Below are positions 13,099 through 25,400 of a stretch of DNA of 64,000 nt, in pieces (position 1 is the stretch's first letter; every line of letters starts with the position of its first letter). A program made the translations under genes and the position numbers. Below the pieces are notes generated by a model. It was not told where the DNA came from, did not search any database, and was given only the letters and a program-made list of their open reading frames with translations. The stretch is from Eledone cirrhosa (lineage: Eukaryota): the NCBI GenBank assembly GCA_964016885.1, contig OZ024746.1:67766001-67830000 (forward strand). The letters are read 5' to 3'.

Positions 13099-14074
13099 GC
13101 TGAATACATCTTCCTAATGCCAGTCATGTTATTATAATGCCAGGTATAGGAGGCTTTTTATCATAGCACTAGCACGAGAGGTCATTATGTCCTCAGCAGA
13201 GATATATAAATATATTTATATATGTGTGTGTTTGTCTCTGTCTCTTTGCTTCACATTTGGCACAGTAAATGAAAACAGTGACATTTGTTTATATCCTGCA
13301 TAAACTGAAGTTCTATGGCTCAGTTTGACATACAAAGATCCATACCTTAAAAAAACAAGTGAGGGTTGGCATCAGGAATAGCATACAACTGTAGAATACT
13401 GTCTCAAAAAGATCTCATTAAGCCCATTAAAAAAGAACATAAACAACAATCATGTGTGAATGCTTGCATATCATCATCCTTTTACGTCTGCTTTTACTTG
13501 CTTGCAAGAGTGGGACAGGTCCTTTTCAGCACAGCATCTCTCCATTCATCATGGTCCTTCGTCATTTCCTCTGTGAGCTTCAGCGTGTGTGTGTAAATAT
13601 AAATAGATGTATATTCAGCTGTTTTATTATTGTGCTTTACCCACTGTGGTTGTTTGTCTTGTCAATTATTTAAACTTCCATCCATATTGGTAATCACAAG
13701 AACAATGCTTCCTTTGAATTCGAAGTCTTATAATAGTTCAAGGATATTGGATAACTTTCTTATATATATATATTTTTTCTTTTTGTGTGAATAAAAGCTG
13801 TTATATTCTATAAGTTCTTTCAAACTACATTTGCATGTTCTGCATGAAGCTTCTAAGTGTGTTGTCTTTTGTCTTTGATTCTACTTCAAAAATAATTCAA
13901 AAGATCTTGACATTTACTTTATGTTCTTTTAGTAATCTCTTTTAAAGCTAGTATATCTGCTGGTAACTCTTTTAAATCCAGAGCAGCTGGATACATCAAC
14001 TTCTTTGATACTTAAATCATATGGAAACTAAGAACAATCAATAGTAAATATTGAAAACCTTCAAATATAATGGT

Positions 14075-14434
14075 CATATATAAAAGTATATGTAAATATA
14101 AATGTATAAAAGTATATGTAAATATAAATGTATAAAAGTATATGTAAATATAAATGTATATATATATATGTATATATGTACATATATATGTATAAATGTA
14201 TATATATATATGTATATATGTACATATATATGTATATATGTACATATATATATATATGTATATATGTACATGTATATATATATATGTATATATGTACATG
14301 TATATATATATGTATATATATATGTGTATATGTACATGTATATATATATGTATATATATATGTGTATATGTACATGTATATATATGTATATATATGTATA
14401 ATTATGTATATATATATATATCTATATATATGTG
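14075..14434. repeat. (TA)n/(TATG) microsatellite, left flank of the array
   Basis: Direct reading of the sequence. Confidence 0.95.
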
Positions 14435-17400
14435 AAAACAAATAACGAAACGAAATTAAATTTCGTTTCGTTTGTAACTCACTTTTGTATGACTGACGCT
14501 TAAACAATTAAGTTAAAAATGTACATCCACATATGTATACTGAAATACTAGTATGCATATGAATACACACACGTGTACATATGTAGATGTACCGAGTTTT
14601 CACTGGTCACTTTACTGTGAGTGTCCAGCTATTCCGTATGTAGACACACAGACAAACCGGTTCTTAGAGTCATACTGGTTTTTGAGGAAACACCTTTCCT
14701 CTATTCTCCAGAAAGCCAGACAAGGAATATTGGACTAGTTTCGATGTTGTTACATCTCATCAGCAATATTTACCTATCTTCCGGCTTCTCTAGAGAATCG
14801 TGAAAGCACATATCGTTATATGCTTTTTCTATGAAAATTAGTAGTGGGCAGACCAATTTGCATAGAGCGTGAGTACGTACCGGTTCAACGGAGACGATAA
14901 AAACAAATAACGAAACGAAATTAAATTTCGTTTCGTTTGTAACTCACTTTTGTATGACTGACGCTTAAACAATTAAGTTAAAAATGTACATCCACATATG
15001 TATACTGAAATACTAGTATGCATATGAATACACACACGTGTACATATGTAGATGTACCGAGTTTTCACTGGTCACTTTACTGTGAGTGTCCAGCTATTCC
15101 GTATGTAGACACACAGACAAACCGGTTCTTAGAGTCATACTGGTTTTTGAGGAAACACCTTTCCTCTATTCTCCAGAAAGCCAGACAAGGAATATTGGAC
15201 TAGTTTCGATGTTGTTACATCTCATCAGCAATATTTACCTATCTTCCGGCTTCTCTAGAGAATCGTGAAAGCACATATCGTTATATGCTTTTTCTATGAA
15301 AATTAGTAGTGGGCAGACCAATTTGCATAGAGCGTGAGTACGTACCGGTTCAACGGAGACGATAAAAACAAATAACGAAACGAAATTAAATTTCGTTTCG
15401 TTTGTAACTCACTTTTGTATGACTGACGCTTAAACAATTAAGTTAAAAATGTACATCCACATATGTATACTGAAATACTAGTATGCATATGAATACACAC
15501 ACGTGTACATATGTAGATGTACCGAGTTTTCACTGGTCACTTTACTGTGAGTGTCCAGCTATTCCGTATGTAGACACACAGACAAACCGGTTCTTAGAGT
15601 CATACTGGTTTTTGAGGAAACACCTTTCCTCTATTCTCCAGAAAGCCAGACAAGGAATATTGGACTAGTTTCGATGTTGTTACATCTCATCAGCAATATT
15701 TACCTATCTTCCGGCTTCTCTAGAGAATCGTGAAAGCACATATCGTTATATGCTTTTTCTATGAAAATTAGTAGTGGGCAGACCAATTTGCATAGAGCGT
15801 GAGTACGTACCGGTTCAACGGAGACGATAAAAACAAATAACGAAACGAAATTAAATTTCGTTTCGTTTGTAACTCACTTTTGTATGACTGACGCTTAAAC
15901 AATTAAGTTAAAAATGTACATCCACATATGTATACTGAAATACTAGTATGCATATGAATACACACACGTGTACATATGTAGATGTACCGAGTTTTCACTG
16001 GTCACTTTACTGTGAGTGTCCAGCTATTCCGTATGTAGACACACAGACAAACCGGTTCTTAGAGTCATACTGGTTTTTGAGGAAACACCTTTCCTCTATT
16101 CTCCAGAAAGCCAGACAAGGAATATTGGACTAGTTTCGATGTTGTTACATCTCATCAGCAATATTTACCTATCTTCCGGCTTCTCTAGAGAATCGTGAAA
16201 GCACATATCGTTATATGCTTTTTCTATGAAAATTAGTAGTGGGCAGACCAATTTGCATAGAGCGTGAGTACGTACCGGTTCAACGGAGACGATAAAAACA
16301 AATAACGAAACGAAATTAAATTTCGTTTCGTTTGTAACTCACTTTTGTATGACTGACGCTTAAACAATTAAGTTAAAAATGTACATCCACATATGTATAC
16401 TGAAATACTAGTATGCATATGAATACACACACGTGTACATATGTAGATGTACCGAGTTTTCACTGGTCACTTTACTGTGAGTGTCCAGCTATTCCGTATG
16501 TAGACACACAGACAAACCGGTTCTTAGAGTCATACTGGTTTTTGAGGAAACACCTTTCCTCTATTCTCCAGAAAGCCAGACAAGGAATATTGGACTAGTT
16601 TCGATGTTGTTACATCTCATCAGCAATATTTACCTATCTTCCGGCTTCTCTAGAGAATCGTGAAAGCACATATCGTTATATGCTTTTTCTATGAAAATTA
16701 GTAGTGGGCAGACCAATTTGCATAGAGCGTGAGTACGTACCGGTTCAACGGAGACGATAAAAACAAATAACGAAACGAAATTAAATTTCGTTTCGTTTGT
16801 AACTCACTTTTGTATGACTGACGCTTAAACAATTAAGTTAAAAATGTACATCCACATATGTATACTGAAATACTAGTATGCATATGAATACACACACGTG
16901 TACATATGTAGATGTACCGAGTTTTCACTGGTCACTTTACTGTGAGTGTCCAGCTATTCCGTATGTAGACACACAGACAAACCGGTTCTTAGAGTCATAC
17001 TGGTTTTTGAGGAAACACCTTTCCTCTATTCTCCAGAAAGCCAGACAAGGAATATTGGACTAGTTTCGATGTTGTTACATCTCATCAGCAATATTTACCT
17101 ATCTTCCGGCTTCTCTAGAGAATCGTGAAAGCACATATCGTTATATGCTTTTTCTATGAAAATTAGTAGTGGGCAGACCAATTTGCATAGAGCGTGAGTA
17201 CGTACCGGTTCAACGGAGACGATAAAAACAAATAACGAAACGAAATTAAATTTCGTTTCGTTTGTAACTCACTTTTGTATGACTGACGCTTAAACAATTA
17301 AGTTAAAAATGTACATCCACATATGTATACTGAAATACTAGTATGCATATGAATACACACACGTGTACATATGTAGATGTACCGAGTTTTCACTGGTCAC

Positions 17401-19435
17401 TTTACTGTGAGTGTCCAGCTATTCCGTATGTAGACACACAGACAAACCGGTTCTTAGAGTCATACTGGTTTTTGAGGAAACACCTTTCCTCTATTCTCCA
17501 GAAAGCCAGACAAGGAATATTGGACTAGTTTCGATGTTGTTACATCTCATCAGCAATATTTACCTATCTTCCGGCTTCTCTAGAGAATCGTGAAAGCACA
17601 TATCGTTATATGCTTTTTCTATGAAAATTAGTAGTGGGCAGACCAATTTGCATAGAGCGTGAGTACGTACCGGTTCAACGGAGACGATAAAAACAAATAA
17701 CGAAACGAAATTAAATTTCGTTTCGTTTGTAACTCACTTTTGTATGACTGACGCTTAAACAATTAAGTTAAAAATGTACATCCACATATGTATACTGAAA
17801 TACTAGTATGCATATGAATACACACACGTGTACATATGTAGATGTACCGAGTTTTCACTGGTCACTTTACTGTGAGTGTCCAGCTATTCCGTATGTAGAC
17901 ACACAGACAAACCGGTTCTTAGAGTCATACTGGTTTTTGAGGAAACACCTTTCCTCTATTCTCCAGAAAGCCAGACAAGGAATATTGGACTAGTTTCGAT
18001 GTTGTTACATCTCATCAGCAATATTTACCTATCTTCCGGCTTCTCTAGAGAATCGTGAAAGCACATATCGTTATATGCTTTTTCTATGAAAATTAGTAGT
18101 GGGCAGACCAATTTGCATAGAGCGTGAGTACGTACCGGTTCAACGGAGACGATAAAAACAAATAACGAAACGAAATTAAATTTCGTTTCGTTTGTAACTC
18201 ACTTTTGTATGACTGACGCTTAAACAATTAAGTTAAAAATGTACATCCACATATGTATACTGAAATACTAGTATGCATATGAATACACACACGTGTACAT
18301 ATGTAGATGTACCGAGTTTTCACTGGTCACTTTACTGTGAGTGTCCAGCTATTCCGTATGTAGACACACAGACAAACCGGTTCTTAGAGTCATACTGGTT
18401 TTTGAGGAAACACCTTTCCTCTATTCTCCAGAAAGCCAGACAAGGAATATTGGACTAGTTTCGATGTTGTTACATCTCATCAGCAATATTTACCTATCTT
18501 CCGGCTTCTCTAGAGAATCGTGAAAGCACATATCGTTATATGCTTTTTCTATGAAAATTAGTAGTGGGCAGACCAATTTGCATAGAGCGTGAGTACGTAC
18601 CGGTTCAACGGAGACGATAAAAACAAATAACGAAACGAAATTAAATTTCGTTTCGTTTGTAACTCACTTTTGTATGACTGACGCTTAAACAATTAAGTTA
18701 AAAATGTACATCCACATATGTATACTGAAATACTAGTATGCATATGAATACACACACGTGTACATATGTAGATGTACCGAGTTTTCACTGGTCACTTTAC
18801 TGTGAGTGTCCAGCTATTCCGTATGTAGACACACAGACAAACCGGTTCTTAGAGTCATACTGGTTTTTGAGGAAACACCTTTCCTCTATTCTCCAGAAAG
18901 CCAGACAAGGAATATTGGACTAGTTTCGATGTTGTTACATCTCATCAGCAATATTTACCTATCTTCCGGCTTCTCTAGAGAATCGTGAAAGCACATATCG
19001 TTATATGCTTTTTCTATGAAAATTAGTAGTGGGCAGACCAATTTGCATAGAGCGTGAGTACGTACCGGTTCAACGGAGACGATAAAAACAAATAACGAAA
19101 CGAAATTAAATTTCGTTTCGTTTGTAACTCACTTTTGTATGACTGACGCTTAAACAATTAAGTTAAAAATGTACATCCACATATGTATACTGAAATACTA
19201 GTATGCATATGAATACACACACGTGTACATATGTAGATGTACCGAGTTTTCACTGGTCACTTTACTGTGAGTGTCCAGCTATTCCGTATGTAGACACACA
19301 GACAAACCGGTTCTTAGAGTCATACTGGTTTTTGAGGAAACACCTTTCCTCTATTCTCCAGAAAGCCAGACAAGGAATATTGGACTAGTTTCGATGTTGT
19401 TACATCTCATCAGCAATATTTACCTATCTTCCGGC
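14435..19435 (-). repeat. 465-bp hammerhead tandem array, left block (10.75 units, ribozymes on the minus strand)
   Basis: Exact 465-bp periodicity, also visible as ORF-track repeats every 465 bp. No variants were seen between these units. Confidence 0.97.
14726..14770 (-). ncRNA. Type I hammerhead ribozyme, first of 11 minus-strand copies (every 465 bp to 19376-19420)
   Basis: Reverse complement is AAUAUUG CUGAUGA GAUGU AACA ACAUC GAAA C UA G UC CAAUAUU; every conserved core nucleotide is present. Confidence 0.92.
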
Positions 19436-19439
19436 CTAG

Positions 19440-22400
19440 TTGTCTGGCTTTCTGGAGAATAGAGGAAAGGTGTTTCCTCAAAAACCAGTATGACTCTAAG
19501 AACCGGTTTGTCTGTGTGTCTACATACGGAATAGCTGGACACTCACAGTAAAGTGACCAGTGAAAACTCGGTACATCTACATATGTACACGTGTGTGTAT
19601 TCATATGCATACTAGTATTTCAGTATACATATGTGGATGTACATTTTTAACTTAATTGTTTAAGCGTCAGTCATACAAAAGTGAGTTACAAACGAAACGA
19701 AATTTAATTTCGTTTCGTTATTTGTTTTTATCGTCTCCGTTGAACCGGTACGTACTCACGCTCTATGCAAATTGGTCTGCCCACTACTAATTTTCATAGA
19801 AAAAGCATATAACGATATGTGCTTTCACGATTCTCTAGAGAAGCCGGAAGATAGGTAAATATTGCTGATGAGATGTAACAACATCGAAACTAGTCCAATA
19901 TTCCTTGTCTGGCTTTCTGGAGAATAGAGGAAAGGTGTTTCCTCAAAAACCAGTATGACTCTAAGAACCGGTTTGTCTGTGTGTCTACATACGGAATAGC
20001 TGGACACTCACAGTAAAGTGACCAGTGAAAACTCGGTACATCTACATATGTACACGTGTGTGTATTCATATGCATACTAGTATTTCAGTATACATATGTG
20101 GATGTACATTTTTAACTTAATTGTTTAAGCGTCAGTCATACAAAAGTGAGTTACAAACGAAACGAAATTTAATTTCGTTTCGTTATTTGTTTTTATCGTC
20201 TCCGTTGAACCGGTACGTACTCACGCTCTATGCAAATTGGTCTGCCCACTACTAATTTTCATAGAAAAAGCATATAACGATATGTGCTTTCACGATTCTC
20301 TAGAGAAGCCGGAAGATAGGTAAATATTGCTGATGAGATGTAACAACATCGAAACTAGTCCAATATTCCTTGTCTGGCTTTCTGGAGAATAGAGGAAAGG
20401 TGTTTCCTCAAAAACCAGTATGACTCTAAGAACCGGTTTGTCTGTGTGTCTACATACGGAATAGCTGGACACTCACAGTAAAGTGACCAGTGAAAACTCG
20501 GTACATCTACATATGTACACGTGTGTGTATTCATATGCATACTAGTATTTCAGTATACATATGTGGATGTACATTTTTAACTTAATTGTTTAAGCGTCAG
20601 TCATACAAAAGTGAGTTACAAACGAAACGAAATTTAATTTCGTTTCGTTATTTGTTTTTATCGTCTCCGTTGAACCGGTACGTACTCACGCTCTATGCAA
20701 ATTGGTCTGCCCACTACTAATTTTCATAGAAAAAGCATATAACGATATGTGCTTTCACGATTCTCTAGAGAAGCCGGAAGATAGGTAAATATTGCTGATG
20801 AGATGTAACAACATCGAAACTAGTCCAATATTCCTTGTCTGGCTTTCTGGAGAATAGAGGAAAGGTGTTTCCTCAAAAACCAGTATGACTCTAAGAACCG
20901 GTTTGTCTGTGTGTCTACATACGGAATAGCTGGACACTCACAGTAAAGTGACCAGTGAAAACTCGGTACATCTACATATGTACACGTGTGTGTATTCATA
21001 TGCATACTAGTATTTCAGTATACATATGTGGATGTACATTTTTAACTTAATTGTTTAAGCGTCAGTCATACAAAAGTGAGTTACAAACGAAACGAAATTT
21101 AATTTCGTTTCGTTATTTGTTTTTATCGTCTCCGTTGAACCGGTACGTACTCACGCTCTATGCAAATTGGTCTGCCCACTACTAATTTTCATAGAAAAAG
21201 CATATAACGATATGTGCTTTCACGATTCTCTAGAGAAGCCGGAAGATAGGTAAATATTGCTGATGAGATGTAACAACATCGAAACTAGTCCAATATTCCT
21301 TGTCTGGCTTTCTGGAGAATAGAGGAAAGGTGTTTCCTCAAAAACCAGTATGACTCTAAGAACCGGTTTGTCTGTGTGTCTACATACGGAATAGCTGGAC
21401 ACTCACAGTAAAGTGACCAGTGAAAACTCGGTACATCTACATATGTACACGTGTGTGTATTCATATGCATACTAGTATTTCAGTATACATATGTGGATGT
21501 ACATTTTTAACTTAATTGTTTAAGCGTCAGTCATACAAAAGTGAGTTACAAACGAAACGAAATTTAATTTCGTTTCGTTATTTGTTTTTATCGTCTCCGT
21601 TGAACCGGTACGTACTCACGCTCTATGCAAATTGGTCTGCCCACTACTAATTTTCATAGAAAAAGCATATAACGATATGTGCTTTCACGATTCTCTAGAG
21701 AAGCCGGAAGATAGGTAAATATTGCTGATGAGATGTAACAACATCGAAACTAGTCCAATATTCCTTGTCTGGCTTTCTGGAGAATAGAGGAAAGGTGTTT
21801 CCTCAAAAACCAGTATGACTCTAAGAACCGGTTTGTCTGTGTGTCTACATACGGAATAGCTGGACACTCACAGTAAAGTGACCAGTGAAAACTCGGTACA
21901 TCTACATATGTACACGTGTGTGTATTCATATGCATACTAGTATTTCAGTATACATATGTGGATGTACATTTTTAACTTAATTGTTTAAGCGTCAGTCATA
22001 CAAAAGTGAGTTACAAACGAAACGAAATTTAATTTCGTTTCGTTATTTGTTTTTATCGTCTCCGTTGAACCGGTACGTACTCACGCTCTATGCAAATTGG
22101 TCTGCCCACTACTAATTTTCATAGAAAAAGCATATAACGATATGTGCTTTCACGATTCTCTAGAGAAGCCGGAAGATAGGTAAATATTGCTGATGAGATG
22201 TAACAACATCGAAACTAGTCCAATATTCCTTGTCTGGCTTTCTGGAGAATAGAGGAAAGGTGTTTCCTCAAAAACCAGTATGACTCTAAGAACCGGTTTG
22301 TCTGTGTGTCTACATACGGAATAGCTGGACACTCACAGTAAAGTGACCAGTGAAAACTCGGTACATCTACATATGTACACGTGTGTGTATTCATATGCAT

Positions 22401-25400
22401 ACTAGTATTTCAGTATACATATGTGGATGTACATTTTTAACTTAATTGTTTAAGCGTCAGTCATACAAAAGTGAGTTACAAACGAAACGAAATTTAATTT
22501 CGTTTCGTTATTTGTTTTTATCGTCTCCGTTGAACCGGTACGTACTCACGCTCTATGCAAATTGGTCTGCCCACTACTAATTTTCATAGAAAAAGCATAT
22601 AACGATATGTGCTTTCACGATTCTCTAGAGAAGCCGGAAGATAGGTAAATATTGCTGATGAGATGTAACAACATCGAAACTAGTCCAATATTCCTTGTCT
22701 GGCTTTCTGGAGAATAGAGGAAAGGTGTTTCCTCAAAAACCAGTATGACTCTAAGAACCGGTTTGTCTGTGTGTCTACATACGGAATAGCTGGACACTCA
22801 CAGTAAAGTGACCAGTGAAAACTCGGTACATCTACATATGTACACGTGTGTGTATTCATATGCATACTAGTATTTCAGTATACATATGTGGATGTACATT
22901 TTTAACTTAATTGTTTAAGCGTCAGTCATACAAAAGTGAGTTACAAACGAAACGAAATTTAATTTCGTTTCGTTATTTGTTTTTATCGTCTCCGTTGAAC
23001 CGGTACGTACTCACGCTCTATGCAAATTGGTCTGCCCACTACTAATTTTCATAGAAAAAGCATATAACGATATGTGCTTTCACGATTCTCTAGAGAAGCC
23101 GGAAGATAGGTAAATATTGCTGATGAGATGTAACAACATCGAAACTAGTCCAATATTCCTTGTCTGGCTTTCTGGAGAATAGAGGAAAGGTGTTTCCTCA
23201 AAAACCAGTATGACTCTAAGAACCGGTTTGTCTGTGTGTCTACATACGGAATAGCTGGACACTCACAGTAAAGTGACCAGTGAAAACTCGGTACATCTAC
23301 ATATGTACACGTGTGTGTATTCATATGCATACTAGTATTTCAGTATACATATGTGGATGTACATTTTTAACTTAATTGTTTAAGCGTCAGTCATACAAAA
23401 GTGAGTTACAAACGAAACGAAATTTAATTTCGTTTCGTTATTTGTTTTTATCGTCTCCGTTGAACCGGTACGTACTCACGCTCTATGCAAATTGGTCTGC
23501 CCACTACTAATTTTCATAGAAAAAGCATATAACGATATGTGCTTTCACGATTCTCTAGAGAAGCCGGAAGATAGGTAAATATTGCTGATGAGATGTAACA
23601 ACATCGAAACTAGTCCAATATTCCTTGTCTGGCTTTCTGGAGAATAGAGGAAAGGTGTTTCCTCAAAAACCAGTATGACTCTAAGAACCGGTTTGTCTGT
23701 GTGTCTACATACGGAATAGCTGGACACTCACAGTAAAGTGACCAGTGAAAACTCGGTACATCTACATATGTACACGTGTGTGTATTCATATGCATACTAG
23801 TATTTCAGTATACATATGTGGATGTACATTTTTAACTTAATTGTTTAAGCGTCAGTCATACAAAAGTGAGTTACAAACGAAACGAAATTTAATTTCGTTT
23901 CGTTATTTGTTTTTATCGTCTCCGTTGAACCGGTACGTACTCACGCTCTATGCAAATTGGTCTGCCCACTACTAATTTTCATAGAAAAAGCATATAACGA
24001 TATGTGCTTTCACGATTCTCTAGAGAAGCCGGAAGATAGGTAAATATTGCTGATGAGATGTAACAACATCGAAACTAGTCCAATATTCCTTGTCTGGCTT
24101 TCTGGAGAATAGAGGAAAGGTGTTTCCTCAAAAACCAGTATGACTCTAAGAACCGGTTTGTCTGTGTGTCTACATACGGAATAGCTGGACACTCACAGTA
24201 AAGTGACCAGTGAAAACTCGGTACATCTACATATGTACACGTGTGTGTATTCATATGCATACTAGTATTTCAGTATACATATGTGGATGTACATTTTTAA
24301 CTTAATTGTTTAAGCGTCAGTCATACAAAAGTGAGTTACAAACGAAACGAAATTTAATTTCGTTTCGTTATTTGTTTTTATCGTCTCCGTTGAACCGGTA
24401 CGTACTCACGCTCTATGCAAATTGGTCTGCCCACTACTAATTTTCATAGAAAAAGCATATAACGATATGTGCTTTCACGATTCTCTAGAGAAGCCGGAAG
24501 ATAGGTAAATATTGCTGATGAGATGTAACAACATCGAAACTAGTCCAATATTCCTTGTCTGGCTTTCTGGAGAATAGAGGAAAGGTGTTTCCTCAAAAAC
24601 CAGTATGACTCTAAGAACCGGTTTGTCTGTGTGTCTACATACGGAATAGCTGGACACTCACAGTAAAGTGACCAGTGAAAACTCGGTACATCTACATATG
24701 TACACGTGTGTGTATTCATATGCATACTAGTATTTCAGTATACATATGTGGATGTACATTTTTAACTTAATTGTTTAAGCGTCAGTCATACAAAAGTGAG
24801 TTACAAACGAAACGAAATTTAATTTCGTTTCGTTATTTGTTTTTATCGTCTCCGTTGAACCGGTACGTACTCACGCTCTATGCAAATTGGTCTGCCCACT
24901 ACTAATTTTCATAGAAAAAGCATATAACGATATGTGCTTTCACGATTCTCTAGAGAAGCCGGAAGATAGGTAAATATTGCTGATGAGATGTAACAACATC
25001 GAAACTAGTCCAATATTCCTTGTCTGGCTTTCTGGAGAATAGAGGAAAGGTGTTTCCTCAAAAACCAGTATGACTCTAAGAACCGGTTTGTCTGTGTGTC
25101 TACATACGGAATAGCTGGACACTCACAGTAAAGTGACCAGTGAAAACTCGGTACATCTACATATGTACACGTGTGTGTATTCATATGCATACTAGTATTT
25201 CAGTATACATATGTGGATGTACATTTTTAACTTAATTGTTTAAGCGTCAGTCATACAAAAGTGAGTTACAAACGAAACGAAATTTAATTTCGTTTCGTTA
25301 TTTGTTTTTATCGTCTCCGTTGAACCGGTACGTACTCACGCTCTATGCAAATTGGTCTGCCCACTACTAATTTTCATAGAAAAAGCATATAACGATATGT

